This document shows positions 48,750-51,290 of a DNA stretch of 51,290 bases, piece by piece; the first letter of the stretch is position 1; each line of letters begins with the position of its first letter. Where the stretch lies: the sequence record SRR20825006_149; one strand, 5' to 3'. The notes beneath the pieces were generated by a model. It was not told the DNA's origin and did not search any database. It was given only the letters and a program-made list of their open reading frames with translations. The position numbers and the translations under genes were made by a program.

Positions 48750-51290
48750 TCACGCCGGAATACGATACGTGCCCAGAACCTGGTCAAGCAGCATCGTTTC
48801 CATTTCGGCGGCATCGCCAAAGGCTGCCAGTTGCGCGCTGAAATCGTCAAGTGCCGCGGCAAGCTCTGCCTCACCGTTACCATCGATCATGGCCTGATCA
48901 CCGCCACCCTCGCCAGTCGGGGTTTCACCGTCGCCACCTTCGCCACCTTCGCCACCCGGAGCCTCGCCCCCGGTTGAGGGCGCGCCCAGAATACCGTCAT
49001 TGCCAACAGGTGTTCCGGTTCCCGCTTCGCCACCGGCACCGCCGCCAAATCCACCGCCGAAGCCGCCGCTGCCCAAACCACCACCAAGGCCACCACCTAG
49101 TCCGCCGCCACCAAGGCCACCGCCCAAGCCGCCGCTGCCAAATCCGCCACCGGTCAAAGCAGCACCACCGCCGTTACCTCCCAGTCCGCTGGTAACACCC
49201 AGCCCGCTTCCGGCCTGGTTGACGCCAAGCCCTGTCGAAACCGGCGTGCCGGTATTGTCGATCGGGCTGGTACTGCCCAACTGGCCGGTCACGGTGGTCC
49301 GGATCGGGCCGCCGGAGTTGAACTGCCCGCCAGAACCATTGCCATTCGATCCGCCGCTAAGCGCACTGCTGACCGGCGTTCCCGCGTCCCCACCCGATCC
49401 CGGCGTTTGCAGGATCGGCGGGATCGTTACGACCGGTGTCGGTGGCGGCGCAGGCGGCGGCGGAGGCGGTGGTGGCGTTTCGGCCACCGGCTCTGTCACC
49501 CGTACCGTCACCGTGCTGGCCGTGCTGGTGTTTCCGCTGATATCGGTCAACGTCACGCTGATCGTCCGGTTCCCGCCTGCCGGTGTGCCCGAACTGTTTT
49601 CATAGGACAGCGCACGTATCAGCGTCTGAACATTTGACGGTTCCGCAGAAGTGTTGAAGTTGATCTTGAGCGTACTTCCCGCCCCGATCGGATTTTCGAG
49701 CGTACCAATGACAGTCCCGTTAACCCGAACATCCGTCCCGTCAAGGGTCACAGTCCCGGTGGTATCAAGTGTCAGGATATCCTGGGCTGCGTTACCGCCC
49801 CCGGTGATGCTGACCGTAAGGTTCCCGCCGTTACTGAAACCACCCGCAACGAAATCCGCATCCACTATGGCCGCATTCTGCCCGACATCAAGTTTGACCT
49901 TTTCACCGGTGGTATAGGCAACACTGTCCCCCGAAAGGTCGGTGATGGCCGGTCGGGCGGTAACATTGACAGTGATTGTATCGCTGTCGCTCACAGTGCC
50001 GTCCGATGTTTCCACGGTAATCGTACGCGAACCGGAAGCTGCCGCCGTAAACCGCAGATTGGCCAGCGTCGCATTGACATCGGCGACACTGCCGGAAATC
50101 TCGATGGAATTGGTGCCACCCCCGGTGATGCTCGCATTGCCGGTCGTGGTAAATGTTCCATGTCCACTGGGCACCGAAATTGTGGTGGTCACCGTCGCGC
50201 TATCGACATCCTCAACCGAAATGCCGGTGATCGCCTTTGCCTCGCCAACAACGGCGGTCTGTGCCCCCGGTACGGTATTGACCGGCGCATCATTGACGGC
50301 ACCGACTGCAACCGTCGCCGCGATGGACGCACTTGCGGTGTCCGAACCACCGTTGGTCGTACCGCCGCTGTCGCTAATGCCGGTAAGGGTCACAACACGG
50401 CTCGATGTGCCGGGATTGTTACTGCTTGACGCATAGGTCATGCCATCGACCACGGTTTGCGCATCCGCCGCACTCAGGGTACCGCCGGTAATCGTGATGG
50501 TCGCAACACCGCCCGTAACCGAAACGTTATAGGTCAGTCCGTTGGTGGCAGTGGACCCGGTTCCATTGACAAGCGAGATCGCCTTACCATCAAATGTGAT
50601 GCTGTCGCTGGCTTCGGCATTGGTCACCGTAAAGGTCATGCCCGAAATCGTCTGACCGCTTTCACCCGTGCTGATCGTGACACCAGAGAACAGATCAACC
50701 GCCGTACCGTTTTCGGTAAAGGTCGGAGTGCCACCAGTGGCCGAAACCGTCGGCGCATCATTCACACCCACCACATTGACCGTAACATCAGCCGGGGCGG
50801 AGGTAAAACCACCCGACGCATCGGTAACCGTCACCCGTACCGTCCGCGCCCCTGTCGTCGGATCATCCGCGTTGCTGTTGCTGTACTGGATCGCCGCCAG
50901 AAGGCTCGCGACCCGTGCAGGGGTGGCGTTGCCATCGAAATTGATCACCAGATTGTTGCCTGCGGCAATATTGTTGGCCAGCGTACCGATCACGGTGCCA
51001 CCGACACTGACAGTCGAGCCCGCAGTTGAGCCGGAAAGCGTAATCGTGCCCCCGGTCGAAAGCCCCAGGATATCCTGCGCAGCATTGCCGCCGCCTGTGA
51101 TACTGACGGTCAGATTGCCGCCATTGAAATCGGTATTGTCGCTATCGGCAACGGTCGCCGCCGTTCCGGCATCAATGGCAACCGCGCCGCCGCCTTCGGT
51201 ATAGGTGACACTATCCCCATTCAGATTGCCGATCACCGGAGCAGAGACGATATCGACATTGCCGCCGCCAACCTGCGGATTGACCGTACC
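48750..51290 (-). CDS. Giant repetitive extracellular/adhesin-like protein, C-terminal part (5' end outside the window)
   Basis: Frame open to the window edge. Thr/Gly/Val-rich cadherin/Ig-like repeats with VNDAP linkers, then a poly-Pro linker, GLGGG repeats, an acidic Gly linker and a helical C-terminal tail. Confidence 0.88.
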   Translation of the reverse strand, partial: GTVNPQVGGGNVDIVSAPVIGNLNGDSVTYTEGGGAVAIDAGTAATVADSDNTDFNGGNLTVSITGGGNAAQDILGLSTGGTITLSGSTAGSTVSVGGTVIGTLANNIAAGNNLVINFDGNATPARVASLLAAIQYSNSNADDPTTGARTVRVTVTDASGGFTSAPADVTVNVVGVNDAPTVSATGGTPTFTENGTAVDLFSGVTISTGESGQTISGMTFTVTNAEASDSITFDGKAISLVNGTGSTATNGLTYNVSVTGGVATITITGGTLSAADAQTVVDGMTYASSSNNPGTSSRVVTLTGISDSGGTTNGGSDTASASIAATVAVGAVNDAPVNTVPGAQTAVVGEAKAITGISVEDVDSATVTTTISVPSGHGTFTTTGNASITGGGTNSIEISGSVADVNATLANLRFTAAASGSRTITVETSDGTVSDSDTITVNVTARPAITDLSGDSVAYTTGEKVKLDVGQNAAIVDADFVAGGFSNGGNLTVSITGGGNAAQDILTLDTTGTVTLDGTDVRVNGTVIGTLENPIGAGSTLKINFNTSAEPSNVQTLIRALSYENSSGTPAGGNRTISVTLTDISGNTSTASTVTVRVTEPVAETPPPPPPPPAPPPTPVVTIPPILQTPGSGGDAGTPVSSALSGGSNGNGSGGQFNSGGPIRTTVTGQLGSTSPIDNTGTPVSTGLGVNQAGSGLGVTSGLGGNGGGAALTGGGFGSGGLGGGLGGGGLGGGLGGGLGSGGFGGGFGGGAGGEAGTGTPVGNDGILGAPSTGGEAPGGEGGEGGDGETPTGEGGGDQAMIDGNGEAELAAALDDFSAQLAAFGDAAEMETMLLDQVLGTYRIPA

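Noticed and set aside
48920-48960. GGEGGD as an RTX calcium-binding repeat
   Set aside because: Single occurrence, lacks the following x-L/I/F-x, and lies in a low-complexity acidic linker.
49000-49605. Proline-rich plus-strand ORF (extensin-like)
   Set aside because: It is the reverse complement of the Gly-rich tail of the giant protein.

Overview
High-GC bacterial chromosomal DNA. Gene content and a GTTC-N7-GTTC LexA box point to an alphaproteobacterium, possibly a marine Thalassospira-like Rhodospirillales; this is inference. Left to right: (1) 3' end of a 3-hydroxyacyl-CoA dehydrogenase; (2) a ~440-bp intergenic region holding a helically phased 11-bp repeat array and a LexA-box promoter that points into a short hairpin/terminator; (3) a myo-inositol catabolic cluster (iolGBEDC, sugar ABC transporter, RpiR-type IolR, second Gfo/Idh/MocA dehydrogenase); (4) an unsaturated-uronate locus (822-aa unknown lyase-like protein, kduI, LacI regulator, kduD, TRAP dctMQ/dctP, GH105); (5) a tricarboxylate/tricarballylate locus (IDH/IPMDH-family dehydrogenase, PrpF-family isomerase, fused TctA-TctB, TctC, TctDE, tcuBA, GntR); (6) an efflux module (ABC exporter, AdeRS-like two-component pair, OMF, MacB, MacA); (7) a type-I-secretion-like operon with no ABC transporter (giant repeat protein truncated by the window, TolC, two membrane-fusion proteins, and a PqqD/RRE-like + M50 site-2 protease + MFP fusion). 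Module 7 is the best candidate for an undescribed system. No rRNA, tRNA, CRISPR array, transposase or integrase was recognised. All family calls come from motifs read by eye; no database searches were run.
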